Shown piece after piece: positions 33,170-43,094 of a DNA stretch of 43,094 bases. A program made the translations under genes and the position numbers. Source of the DNA: Octopus bimaculoides (taxonomy: Eukaryota); the NCBI RefSeq assembly GCF_001194135.2, contig NC_069000.1, positions 8,916,856-8,959,949 of the forward strand, written 5' to 3'. Within the stretch, counting starts at the first letter, position 1. Each line of letters begins with the position of its first letter. The notes beneath the pieces are model-generated. The model searched no databases, had not been told where the DNA came from, and was given only the letters and a program-made list of their open reading frames with translations.

Positions 33170-33476
33170 TTGTCGACGTTGCAAGATAATGCATGATTAA
33201 TTATAAATAATGTGAATAAATAAGCAGTACATTTGACACAGTAACCTGAATGGTAATGGGTTTAAAACCAGCCACATCAAAACCAAATATTTTCTACTCA
33301 TTTTGTGTTTAAACCAGCCAGGTTTGACTTGTCATACCTGACTTACAATGTCATTCTAAAACTAAACAATCACAGCATCGAAATTTTGAAGGCATGAGAT
33401 AATGCATTATCAATTCAAGACAATTTGAATAAATGAGCATTACATTTGGCAGTCATCTGAATGCTGAAAACGGTTA
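33170..33476 (-). mobile_element. Two tandem or nested piggyBac-type MITE family D copies
   Basis: The left-end motif (ttaaccctttagcattcagattactctgtcaaatgtaatgc) appears in reverse complement at both 33220-33265 and 33430-33476. Confidence 0.7.
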
Positions 33477-33809
33477 CAGATATGCCTGGATTTCATTGTC
33501 GCTGTAAAATACCATCCTGTTTTTTTACAGCTGTGAAACATGTTTTACAGCAATAACCACCCCACCACCTGCACCCTTTAACTATACATACCTGTTTTAA
33601 TTAAAGCAGGTTAGAGTAATTTATGCCTTCTATTATTGCAACAGGTGAGTATCATTTAAAGATCACACACTTGTTTCAATGTTGTTGTTGTTGTTGTTAT
33701 TTAACACTGGGTCAACTCTTAAGCAGACTTGGGATCAAAGGTATTCATGCCATGAGCAATTATTTTCAGGTAAGGGTTTTTTTTTTTTTTTAGCAAAGTA
33801 CATTATTCC

Positions 33810-34015
33810 ATGTCGTCATCAACATCATCATCCAGTGTTTTAAATCTGGGTTTTGTCCCCGTTAACTGGGGTGGCCAGATCTACCTCAATGCCATAGCAA
33901 CCGAGGTAGGCAAACTTTGGGTTGGCTGGGGGTCCATTCTTCCTTGCTATCATGAGGTTTTTTTTGGGAGCTAGATTTTCTACAGGGAGCCTGCCCTTAC
34001 TTACCCCCAACCTCA
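33810..34015 (-). mobile_element. Family G repeat, decayed
   Basis: catcaacatcatcatcc...ttttctacagggagcctgcccttacttacccccaacc. Confidence 0.45.
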
Positions 34016-34299
34016 GTTTCTAAACATGAGTAGTCCTAAGACCAAGGCCTCTACCATGATTTTTAAGAAATGGGGTGGAAAACTAGCTCAGGAAGGTAGG
34101 GACACTACTCCCTGAGACTCCTTTTGGAGTCCCACCCCATAGCATGTGCCCTCTGTTTATTCAAAGCAGTAGGATGTGATTTGGCTGTTATCTTTAGCAT
34201 GTCAAGCAGTTACCTGCATAGTGTCTTTTGTTGGTTTCATATACCCTTGTCATTTAGTGCCAGGTTGATCCTGATTAACCAGACTTATGATAAAAGGAG

Positions 34300-34537
34300 T
34301 TAAATCCTTTAGTATTCAGATTACTCTGTCAAATCCTTTAGTATTCAGATTACTCTTATTTATTCTCATGGTTTTGAATTAATCATTATCTTGTAGCTTC
34401 AAGATTTCAATGGTGTGGTTGTATATTTTTAGAACAACATTATAGGGTAGGTGTGGAAGCTGGATTTGGCCAGTTTGAAACTAAAACAGGTAGACTACTT
34501 GGACAAGATATGGCCAGATTAAATGCTAAAGTGTTAA
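34300..34537 (+). mobile_element. piggyBac-type MITE family D, full length, with 29-bp tandem duplication
   Basis: TTAA-atcctttagtatt ... aatgctaaagtg-TTAA; aaatcctttagtattcagattactct at 34302-34327 and 34331-34356. Confidence 0.75.
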
Positions 34538-34559
34538 TCTACATACATCTTTGTCATTT

Positions 34560-34680
34560 TAGGAACATGAATGATCACATTCTCGAGTGCATCCTTTCAT
34601 TATTGAAGACCATCAAGCATAATCTGAGAGGGATTTAGCTGCTATTTCTTGGAAGTTGAGCAACTCCATAGATGTCTCCT
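34560..34680 (-). mobile_element. Family F head part
   Basis: gagagggatttagctgctatttcttggaagttgagcaactccatag. Confidence 0.6.
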
Positions 34681-35530
34681 CTTTAGTTTGAATTTCAATT
34701 TTTGCAATGTTCAAATTCTAATAAAATATATAAATATAAAGCTGCAAATAATACATAAATATAAAACTACAATTAATAAATAAATATAAAGTTACAATTA
34801 ACAAATAAATATAAAGCCACCGAGTTCTTTATTCAGCTTAGGAGGCTCTTTTCTGTTGTTTCAGCTGGAAAAATTATAGTATAAAACCTCAGCTTATTTG
34901 ATATTTGGTTCACGTTCTTACACCCCAACCACCTTCCTCCGTACTTTGCATAATTCAATTCTTCACCAATATTATTACTATTATTATTGTTGTTGTATTT
35001 CGGAATGGTCATTTTTTTTTTCTTTCTCTTTGCCAAATAAACGCAGATTTATTATTGTTCTTATTTTATGTGCTTTGTCTGGAAAATTTTCGTCACACAT
35101 CCTGTGACCTCTTCAGTGACTCTGCATCCCATTTGGTCTTCTCCAGTCCATTCCAGGCTTTCTATGTTGTGTATTATTATTATTTGAAGATGGCAAGATG
35201 GCTAAATCATTAGAGCTTCAGAAAAAAATGCCTCGCTTTATTTCTTCCAACTCTTTACACTTTAAGTTCAAATCCTGTGAAGACCAGTTTCTGTTCATGA
35301 TTAAAGATACACTTATTGTCAGCCACTAAGGAACATGCTCAGCTGGTTAAAGTCAAACAACTGACAAGCAAATCTGTGGTATTGAACAGAATATTTGCTA
35401 TGGCCCATCTTTTATACCAAGACAAAACAATGTACATGATAACACTTCCAATCAGTTAAGGTCAGAAGCCATGAGAGTCACTGCCTGGTACTGCATCAGG
35501 GCATTTATTATTATTATTATTATTATTATT

Positions 35531-35712
35531 AAGGCACTAAGCTGGCAGAATTGTGAACACACCAGGCAAAATGCTTTGCGGCATTTCTTCCACTTCTGAG
35601 TTCAAATACCTTTCAATAAAATAAGTACCAGTTATGCACTGGGGTCGATGTAATTGACTAACTCCACTCCCCTGAAATTGCTGACCTTGTACCAAAATTT
35701 GAAATCATTATT
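35531..35712 (+). mobile_element. SINE-A inserted at the end of an (ATT)n run
   Basis: (ATT)n 35506-35530, then aaggcactaagctggcagaattg...aagtaccagttatgcactggggtcgatg...gaaatcattatt. Confidence 0.85.
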
Positions 35713-36240
35713 CTTGTTGTTTCCTTGATCTGTTGCCCTAGTAACAAATAGAAGAAATCATTAATATCATTATCCTAATTATTATTAGTTAAGGCTACTT
35801 TTGCTGTTTCAGCTGGGAAAATAGCTTTACAAATCCTCGACCTGTACGGTCTGGTTCAGCAAGTATTTTCCCTTTTTACCTTCACAGTTTTGGTGGCTGA
35901 AAACTTTTGCTAAAAATGTATGTGTATGGCCTTGTGTTCATTTCTGATATAACTTTGTGATCTATTGTCTGTCTGTGAAAGGTCATGTGTGCAAACGTCT
36001 ATGCATTGTACTCAAGTGTGGGAATATGCATATATTAATAATGTAACTGTTGTAGAAGAGGTCAGCTTCTAATGAATAGACTTGTGATCTTGTTGTTTTA
36101 GCTTCTTGTTCTAATCAGGGCTTTCATTATGATGGTAATTCTTCCAAGAAGGAAGACCGGTGTCTCTTAAATTCAATCCCCCTTGATCTATAAAACCTAA
36201 GCATTAACACTAGATAATGTATATGAAAATATATCATCTA

Positions 36241-36390
36241 CTTGGCTGTGTGGTAATAAGCTTGCTTTTCAACCACATGGTTCTGGGTTCAGTCCTACTT
36301 CCTAGCATCTCGGGCAAGTGTCGTAGCCTCAGGCTGGCCAGAGCTTTGTGAGAGGATTTGGTGGACAGAAACTGAACAAAACCAATCGTA

Positions 36391-36424
<34 letters not shown>

Positions 36425-36570
36425 TGTGCTTGTCCCCACCACCACTTGGCAACCATTGTTGGTTTATTTATGTCCCTGTAATTTAGCAGTTTGGCAAAAG
36501 AGATTGATAGAATAACTGCCAGGCTTTAAAAAAAAATAAGTATTGAGGGCAATTTTTTTTCTACTAAATT
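36241..36570 (+). mobile_element. SINE-B lacking the final tail
   Basis: tggctgtgtggtaa...gggttcagtcc...(TG)n...ggcaaaagagattgatagaataa. Confidence 0.85.
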
Positions 36571-36679
36571 TGATCTGTTCTAGCATGGAAAAACTAATAT
36601 AAAAATGAAATGAAAACTCTGTAAATATTGCTCCAGTGCAGGGCCGTCCTAACAGCATTTATTGATTGATTTTAGTCAG

Positions 36680-36914
36680 NNNNNNNNNNNNNNNNNNNNN
36701 NNNNNNNNNNNNNNNNNNNNNNNNNNNNNNNNNNNNNNNNNNNNNNNNNNNNNNNNNNNNNNNNNNNNNNNNNNNNNNNNNNNNNNNNNNNNNNNNNNNN
36801 NNNNNNNNNNNNNNNNNNNNNNNNNNNNNNNNNNNNNNNNNNNNNNNNNNNNNNNNNNNNNNNNNNNNNNNNNNNNNNNNNNNNNNNNNNNNNNNNNNNN
36901 NNNNNNNNNNNNNN
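36680..36914. other. Assembly gap (235 N)
   Basis: N run. Confidence 1.
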
Positions 36915-37381
36915 TGTGTGTGTGTGTGTGTGATAAATAGGGCCATGAACTTGATATTCTTTTATTACATGTTGCAATATTTTTTTGTATGTGGTAATTT
37001 AATGATGTCACTATATATGGAATCCATACATGCAACTTATAAGTGCAGGATACAGAAAGACTATTCTACAGACAGAGAAGAAATTACACACACACACCTA
37101 CCATTTTTTTGTGTTTATACTTGCACAGTCTTGCCTACCAAATTCCACTAAGTGTTGGCCAACCCAAAACTAGAGTAGGTAAAGCAGTGGAATTGAAACT
37201 GGAATCAAATGAAATGAAGATGAAATTAATAACCAAACATCCATCCCATTCATTATAATGAGTGTGATAATCACTTCTATACATTTTCATGCTGACAGTC
37301 GGGAATATGGACATAGCAATTTTTGAGCAGATTCTTGTAGAGCTGAAGATTAACACCAACGTTAGTCGGTGACTGTGACAT

Positions 37382-37416
<35 letters not shown>

Positions 37417-37841
37417 ACTCTGGGCTGGTGTGTTTTCTTGAAGAAAAAAATGCAAAACAAAAAAAAAAAGAAAAGAACTAGACAATGGAATAATTGTAAC
37501 TTCGACCTAGTGCTCAGTCAGAATCAAGAATATTTAGTGTGTGTGGCGGGGTGGGGAGTTTGGTGTTGGTGCAGGGTTACGGTGAAATGTGTGTAACTGT
37601 GAATAGAAGAGGAGGAGGAGGAAGGAGAAAAATACGTCTCATAATCTGGATACAGGAATATAATATGAATAAAAGTTATTGAAAAGAAAAACAAAACTAT
37701 TAAAAGTGGTGAAAGAAAGCAAAATTAAATCTGGAACAGTTTTGTGCCAAGAACATTAAACATTTTAAAATAGCATGTATATGTTTTTATTCTTATATTT
37801 GTTGGTTGTGTGTGTGTGTGTGTGTGTGTGTTTCAGCATAC

Positions 37842-37878
<37 letters not shown>

Positions 37879-38439
37879 TTTAAACATATTTTTCTTATAT
37901 ATCTGTGTGTACACACAGACAGACCTACATGTGCAAATCATATACATACATACATACATACATACATACATACATACATACACAGGGTAATCTAAATGTT
38001 CGTTTAGCATTTATGTAAAGCATCAAACAATTGAAGTCAATTGAGCATCTTAAGGTACTTCACACACACTCTATCCCACCACAACAGTATTTATTACACT
38101 ACAACAGCATTCATTAAGACGTTCCAACCACACCCTGTTGATTGCCACAGTTCAAGGATTTCCAGAATAGACAAACTGTTGCCTTGCTAGCCTTATCCAG
38201 ATAGTTGAGCAGGATTACCATTCTATTGTACCATTTTGGGGAGCAATAAGCATTCTGTTGTCTTTCGATTATGACATTAAAATATATGAAACTATCCTGA
38301 AAGATATATACACAACAAAATAGATATTAAAAAAATATTTTAAAAATTGTGACAAAATATTTTGTACATCATTTAAATACTTTTTCTTTTTGTGTGTCTT
38401 AACATAATGCACAGACACGCACACGTATGTACATACATA

Positions 38440-38770
38440 CATAACAGGCCAGATATTGTTGTTTGGGATTGACAAGGAAAAGTATGTACCATCATAGATA
38501 TCAGCTGCCCTGCTGATGTAAATATCTTTGAAAACCAAAGAGAAAGAGGATAACTGTGGACAGCTGCTCTGAAACGTCCAGCTTCTATATCCAGATTATA
38601 AATTGACATTCGTACCAATAATATTTGGTGCACTTGGTTTCGTAAGTAAACACCCAAGCGACAATCTTAATAAGCTAGGATTTTCAGAGAAAGAAATCAA
38701 CAAGTCAGTAAACAGTGGGGTTGTGTTAACCGCACGTGGAGAAATAATAGGAAAATGAAAAATAATAATA
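38440..38770 (+). mobile_element. Non-LTR retrotransposon 3' remnant with a well-preserved PD-(D/E)xK restriction-like endonuclease
   Basis: 38440-38526 HNRPDIVVWD*QGKVCTIIDISCPADVNI; 1-nt frameshift; 38528-38704 LKTKEKEDNCGQLL*NVQLLYPDYKLTFVPIIFGALGFVSKHPSDNLNKLGFSEKEINK; ends aataataata. Confidence 0.85.
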
Positions 38771-39169
38771 CGGCAGAATGCTAAACTGGAAGCATATTTT
38801 AAAGATTTCTAACCAGCTTTCATTGCATAGCAAATTTTCAAGAAGAGGGAGAATGAAAGTGTTTTTTTACAAAGAAGTACAAAATGAAAATAATATATTA
38901 AAAAAATAAACATACCAATACATTATATTGCTTTTGAGCTTTTAAAGTTCAATGGTAATTCATGTAGATAATGGTTGGAAAAATAAGGATGCATGGAAAT
39001 TGAGAGTTGTGTTAAGTTTTAAAAAAGAGAAAAGGAGCTAAAAGTTTGTGTTAAGCAGGATGTGTGGTGTCAAAACAGGAAGTGTGTGTGTGTGTAAGGG
39101 GAGACAAATCTTTTTAGTTGGAGTTATACTTCCAGTTCAGCATTCTGCCTTATTATTATTTTTCATTTT

Positions 39170-39203
<34 letters not shown>

Positions 39204-39214
39204 TCTTCTGTTAC

Positions 39215-39525
39215 AGACCCGGGCTGGCCATAGCCTTGTGAGTGGATTTGGTTGGTGGAAACGGAAAGAAGCCCGTCGTGTTTGTGTGTATTACTGTTTC
39301 CTTGCCTTGACATCACATGGTAGTTGTGTCACTGTGATGCAAGCTGTGTTCTTCATTTCCAAACTTTTGTGGAAAATATGTCCTTTCAAGAGGATGCATT
39401 ACCTTATTTGAAAATAGGTTAGGGTTGGCGATAGGAAGGACATCCAGTCAAAGAAAATCCGTTTCAACAAATTCCGTCCGCCCTGTACGTGCGTGGAAAA
39501 ACGAACGTTAACACGATGACGATGC
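39215..39525 (+). mobile_element. SINE with a SINE-B head and a family-G (RTE-like) tail
   Basis: gccttgtgagtggatttgg..ggaaacggaaagaagcccgtcg, then gggttggcgataggaaggacatcc...aacgaacgttaacacgatgacgatg. Confidence 0.75.
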
Positions 39526-40849
39526 TCTGTGTCTGTGTGTGTGTGTAATATAAAGAATTTCTCAGCCTTAATTTCTGATTAGTTTCTTCATTTTTTTTTT
39601 ATCGTTTTTTCCCCTCTAAAATATGCAGAAAATATTTAAATTTTTATTATAAAGATTTTTAAAAGTCGTAGGGAGAAGGAACCAGGCAAGTAAAATATTT
39701 AAAAAGGAAGGAAAAAAAATTGTCAACATTCAAAACAAATAAGAAATGAGTCTCATTTGCTTTGAACGAGTCTATAGTTTGTAATGCAAACACGAAGAAA
39801 AGAGGAAAAAATTGAAGCGAAAAACAAATTAAAACTTAAAAATCTGTCGATGAAATTACTGAAGTTCCAGTACTTTAGAATTTGACTTGCTAGCCTTTTG
39901 TTGGGTTCTAAATCCCTTCTGTGTGTGTGTTTACATATATTTGTTAGTTTTAAAGTGTTTATAGCGCGCGTGTAATGTGGTTTATTACGACTTTTAGTAT
40001 TTTTTTAGTAGTTCATTTTTTTCTATTTTCCCCGGGCTTAGGCTAAAACAAGCTATATGATTTACATTTCCATGTTGCGCACTACAAAAGGCTAGTTTCG
40101 GGGTAGCACCTTCTGCTCTTCCTCCTCCTCCTTTTCCAGATACTTGTGTGGTGGGAGGGTGGAGTTAGTGGGGGAGAGGGTAAGAAAAAAATAAAAATTG
40201 AAAGACAAGCAGAGAGGGACAATATATACAGTATACTTTAGATAAATCACACCACAAACAAGTTGGGTCTCATCTTTGCATAACATTACTTTTGAGTGTA
40301 TGCATGCATGTACGTATGTATGTGTGCGTGTATACACATATTCACACAGTGTAGAAACATACATACGCATTTTTATAGTTTCTCTCTCCCAGACACAACA
40401 TACACAGTAAGATGTACATATCTATGTATGCACACGCAAACGTGTGTGTGTATGTGTATATATATATATATATATATGTACGCACACACACACCTAATGG
40501 GCTCCTAACATTGAGTGTGTGTGTGTGTGTACGCCTACAGAGTGTAAAGACAGTCTCTCTCACATATACATACACAGAGAAACATGTATGTATCTACACA
40601 TACACTGTGAACTACTTACATTACATGGCTGTGTGTCTGTACACACAAACATAGCACAAAGGCATGCACACATACATACATTCTTACTCACTATTATACA
40701 CACACATGCATGTATATACCCAAATATACACACACACACGGGCCACTAACAAGTCGTGTTTTGTGTTAACAAGAAATCTAAACCCAAACTTAACCATTTT
40801 AGACAGTTCGTTGTTGTTTAACCCTAGATCAACCATCATCGAAAAAAAC

Positions 40850-41070
40850 TGATAATCATAGGCATTCCAGTTGTGACCATCTCGTTTTTATTTCATTATT
40901 CACTCGTTTCTCAAACGATATGCTCTTTCTTTTTAAGAGTGATTTTGTTTTTATTTCTAGCAAATCAAGCGACCGCATGATGTTCCCTCTCTGGTGTGTA
41001 TTCACACGGTTGTTTAGTTGTTCTGCTGAGTTAGATCTGTGATCAAAGGCAATCTTTACATGACCATCTC
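40850..41070 (-). mobile_element. Family F fragments (two partial copies)
   Basis: gatcataggcattccagttgtgaccatc; tatttctagcaaatcaagcgacc; gatcaaaggcaat..atgaccatc. Confidence 0.6.
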
Positions 41071-41092
41071 ATTTTATATGTCTATATACCTT

Positions 41093-41250
41093 TCACTTGT
41101 TTCAGTCATTTGACTGCGGCCATGCTGGGGCACGGCCTCGAACGGTGTTTGGTCGAACAAATCGACCCTAGAAATTATTTATTTTTTGAAGTCTAGTACT
41201 TACTCTATCGGTCTCTTTGCCGAACCGCTATGTTACGGAGACGTAAACAC
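41093..41250 (-). mobile_element. SINE-B 3' half, left arm of a fold-back
   Basis: cacttgtttcagtcatttgactgcggccatgctgggg...gccgaaccgcta. Confidence 0.9.
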
Positions 41251-41262
41251 ACACCAATAAGC

Positions 41263-41408
41263 TAGCGTTTCGGCAAAGAGATCGATAGAGTAAGTACCAA
41301 ACTTCAAAAATATTTTTAAAAAAGTACTGGGATCGATTCGTTCGACTAAAAAATTCAATGCGCTGCCCCAGTATGGCCACAGTCTGATGGCTGAAACAGG
41401 TAAAAGAA
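41263..41408 (+). mobile_element. SINE-B 3' half, right arm of a fold-back
   Basis: tagcgtttcggcaaagagatcgatagagtaagtac...ccagtatggccacagtctgatggctgaaacaggtaaaag. Confidence 0.9.
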
Positions 41409-42375
41409 AGATACATCTGTAACCAGTCTGTCACAGACTATGATTCTCTGATGATATTCAATAAGGCAGAAACATGTATGAAGTTGTCTGTCACTATTTT
41501 GTCAAAAAATCAAGCACAATTTTAATTAACAAAAATGTATTGTCTCACTACGTTTACGTTTGTTAGATCCTACTTTATTATATTACTATATTCCACCTCC
41601 TGTATAATGAGAAATCGATATATGGTGCCAGGTGTTAGATATCGTTACTGCGAGTACAATGTCTTACTTAACTCCCGTTCCCACTTAATTAGTTACTGAG
41701 CTGTCTTTTGTTGTTTTAGTTTTGTTCCCCAGATCAAATTCGGTTGTTGACCGACCCCGGTCGGTATTCAAGCCGTGGCTATCTTCGTTTTTACTGGATG
41801 TTTTGATGTTTGATGCACGAAGATCGATTTTATTGAAAATTTCTGCACAGATGTGTCTTTAGAACATTATTGCATCAAATGGAAAAGACTTGTTTTGTTT
41901 TGTTTTCCCTGGCAAGCATTGCGTATCTAGGGTCATTTTACTCAATGTATCCTTCACATTTTAAGAAGATAGTGTAACATGAGGGAGATTCGACTGCTAT
42001 TTCTAAAATGTCGAATGAATGCATAGTATTTTCGGTACATTAATCCAATGTATCTGTCCTTTTCTTCAGACAGTAGGAGTGTTAAAGGTGTCCTTAAAAA
42101 GGGCAACAGGCCCTATCTTCTTGGGTGCTTGTACCAAGAGACATTCCTACTCTTGGGTTCGTTCATGTAGTTCAGTAGGTCAATCGAAACTACGTCCCAG
42201 GATGTGGCCTATACCGTACACTGCAACTATTTAGAACCATATATGAACTAGATGCAGGAGCCAGAACCAAAAGTATTTTAGTCAACCACGAAGGAAAGCA
42301 ACTGCCTCTTTCCATGAAGTACGATCTCTCCTCTTGCACCCTGCTATTTCTAGTAGAATGAGCGACGACATAGAG

Positions 42376-42516
42376 TAGGTATGGGCAACCCTTTTCGAGA
42401 AGCCTGCCTCATGAGACACGGCTTCAGGCGGATCGCGCTACTAAAAGAATTCAAGGTAATTCTATGTTAGGCGTGCCATTTAGACAGTCCCGTGGGCTGC
42501 GGTTTGCCCATGACTG
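42376..42516. mobile_element. hAT (Buster/Charlie-type) MITE, 141 bp, inside a family F copy
   Basis: TIRs taggtatgggcaa / ttgcccatgactg; 8-bp TSD acatagag (42368-42375) / acacagag (42517-42524), central TA in the left copy; F sequence resumes on both sides. Confidence 0.85.
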
Positions 42517-43053
42517 ACACAGAGGTTCCTTTTTATGGAATCTATATAATATTATTTTTACTTTATTGCTTGTTTTTCCTTTAATGTTGATGTGTGTCCT
42601 TTATGACTCAGGTGGGAGATAACAAGTAACACAACCATATAGGTATAATATGACAGGTAATGGAAGTATTTTGTCGAAAGATCGCCTATTTCTTTGTTGT
42701 TTAATAGTAAATAAATAAAATATACGCGCAGTAACCAAACATCGCCTGACGACGACAGTGTGTGTGTGTGTGTGTAATATCAGTCAATCAAGCATTTGTG
42801 TCACTGACACATAAAACAGGTATATACAAATGTATTCGTGCGCAATGTAGTACATACAGCGATAACGACCGCGCAGAGGTGCCTCTATGATGTTGCACCA
42901 TTTGCTAAGGATAACGGTGAAACAGCCCTTAAATTGCATATAAACGTTTCAGTGAATAAGGCCCACAGAATAATGTAGATACACCCCCACAAAAACTGGT
43001 TGGTTTTGATTGAAATATCTTTATGCGAATCTAGGGGTTAGACAGATATATTT

Positions 43054-43054
<1 letters not shown>

Positions 43055-43094
<40 letters not shown>
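43055..43094. repeat. (TA)n microsatellite at the window end
   Basis: Direct reading. Confidence 0.95.

Overview
Eukaryotic, AT-rich, repeat-saturated genomic DNA with 8 N-gaps (about 2.7 kb in total). The repeat inventory (tRNA-headed SINEs with CORE-like CCTTGGGCAAG bodies, very dense TA/TG/CT/ATT microsatellites) points to an octopus-type cephalopod genome; this is my inference from family recognition, not a search result. I recognise no intact host protein-coding gene, rRNA, true tRNA or CRISPR, and almost all supplied ORFs are microsatellite or gap artefacts. I use working labels for the repeat families. SINE-A is about 215 bp with an ATT tail, SINE-B about 400 bp with a central microsatellite, F an old family with a CAA tail, G a family with an RTE-like GAT tail, and H a single tRNA-headed copy. 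Also present are several MITEs (piggyBac-type, hAT/Buster-type, a Merlin/MULE-like element, and a TIR element carrying TTAGGG motifs) and two decayed restriction-like-endonuclease (R4/Dong-type) LINE 3' ends, identified by hand translation. The most interesting signals are: (1) a textbook recursive-splicing (ratchet point) motif with a short cryptic exon at 16.33-16.43 kb, plus weaker ones, all on the + strand; (2) a CpG-rich / CpG-poor / CpG-rich domain structure, readable through paralogous SINE copies and suggesting a methylated gene body from about 9 to 39 kb; (3) four independent inversion or fold-back events in SINE-B, one with locally homogenised hairpin arms; (4) related hAT MITEs inserted at the same position of family F in two copies 37 kb apart; (5) SINE-A copies stacking head-to-tail in their own ATT tails with a strong + strand bias. 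All counts are by eye and coordinates of decayed repeats are approximate.
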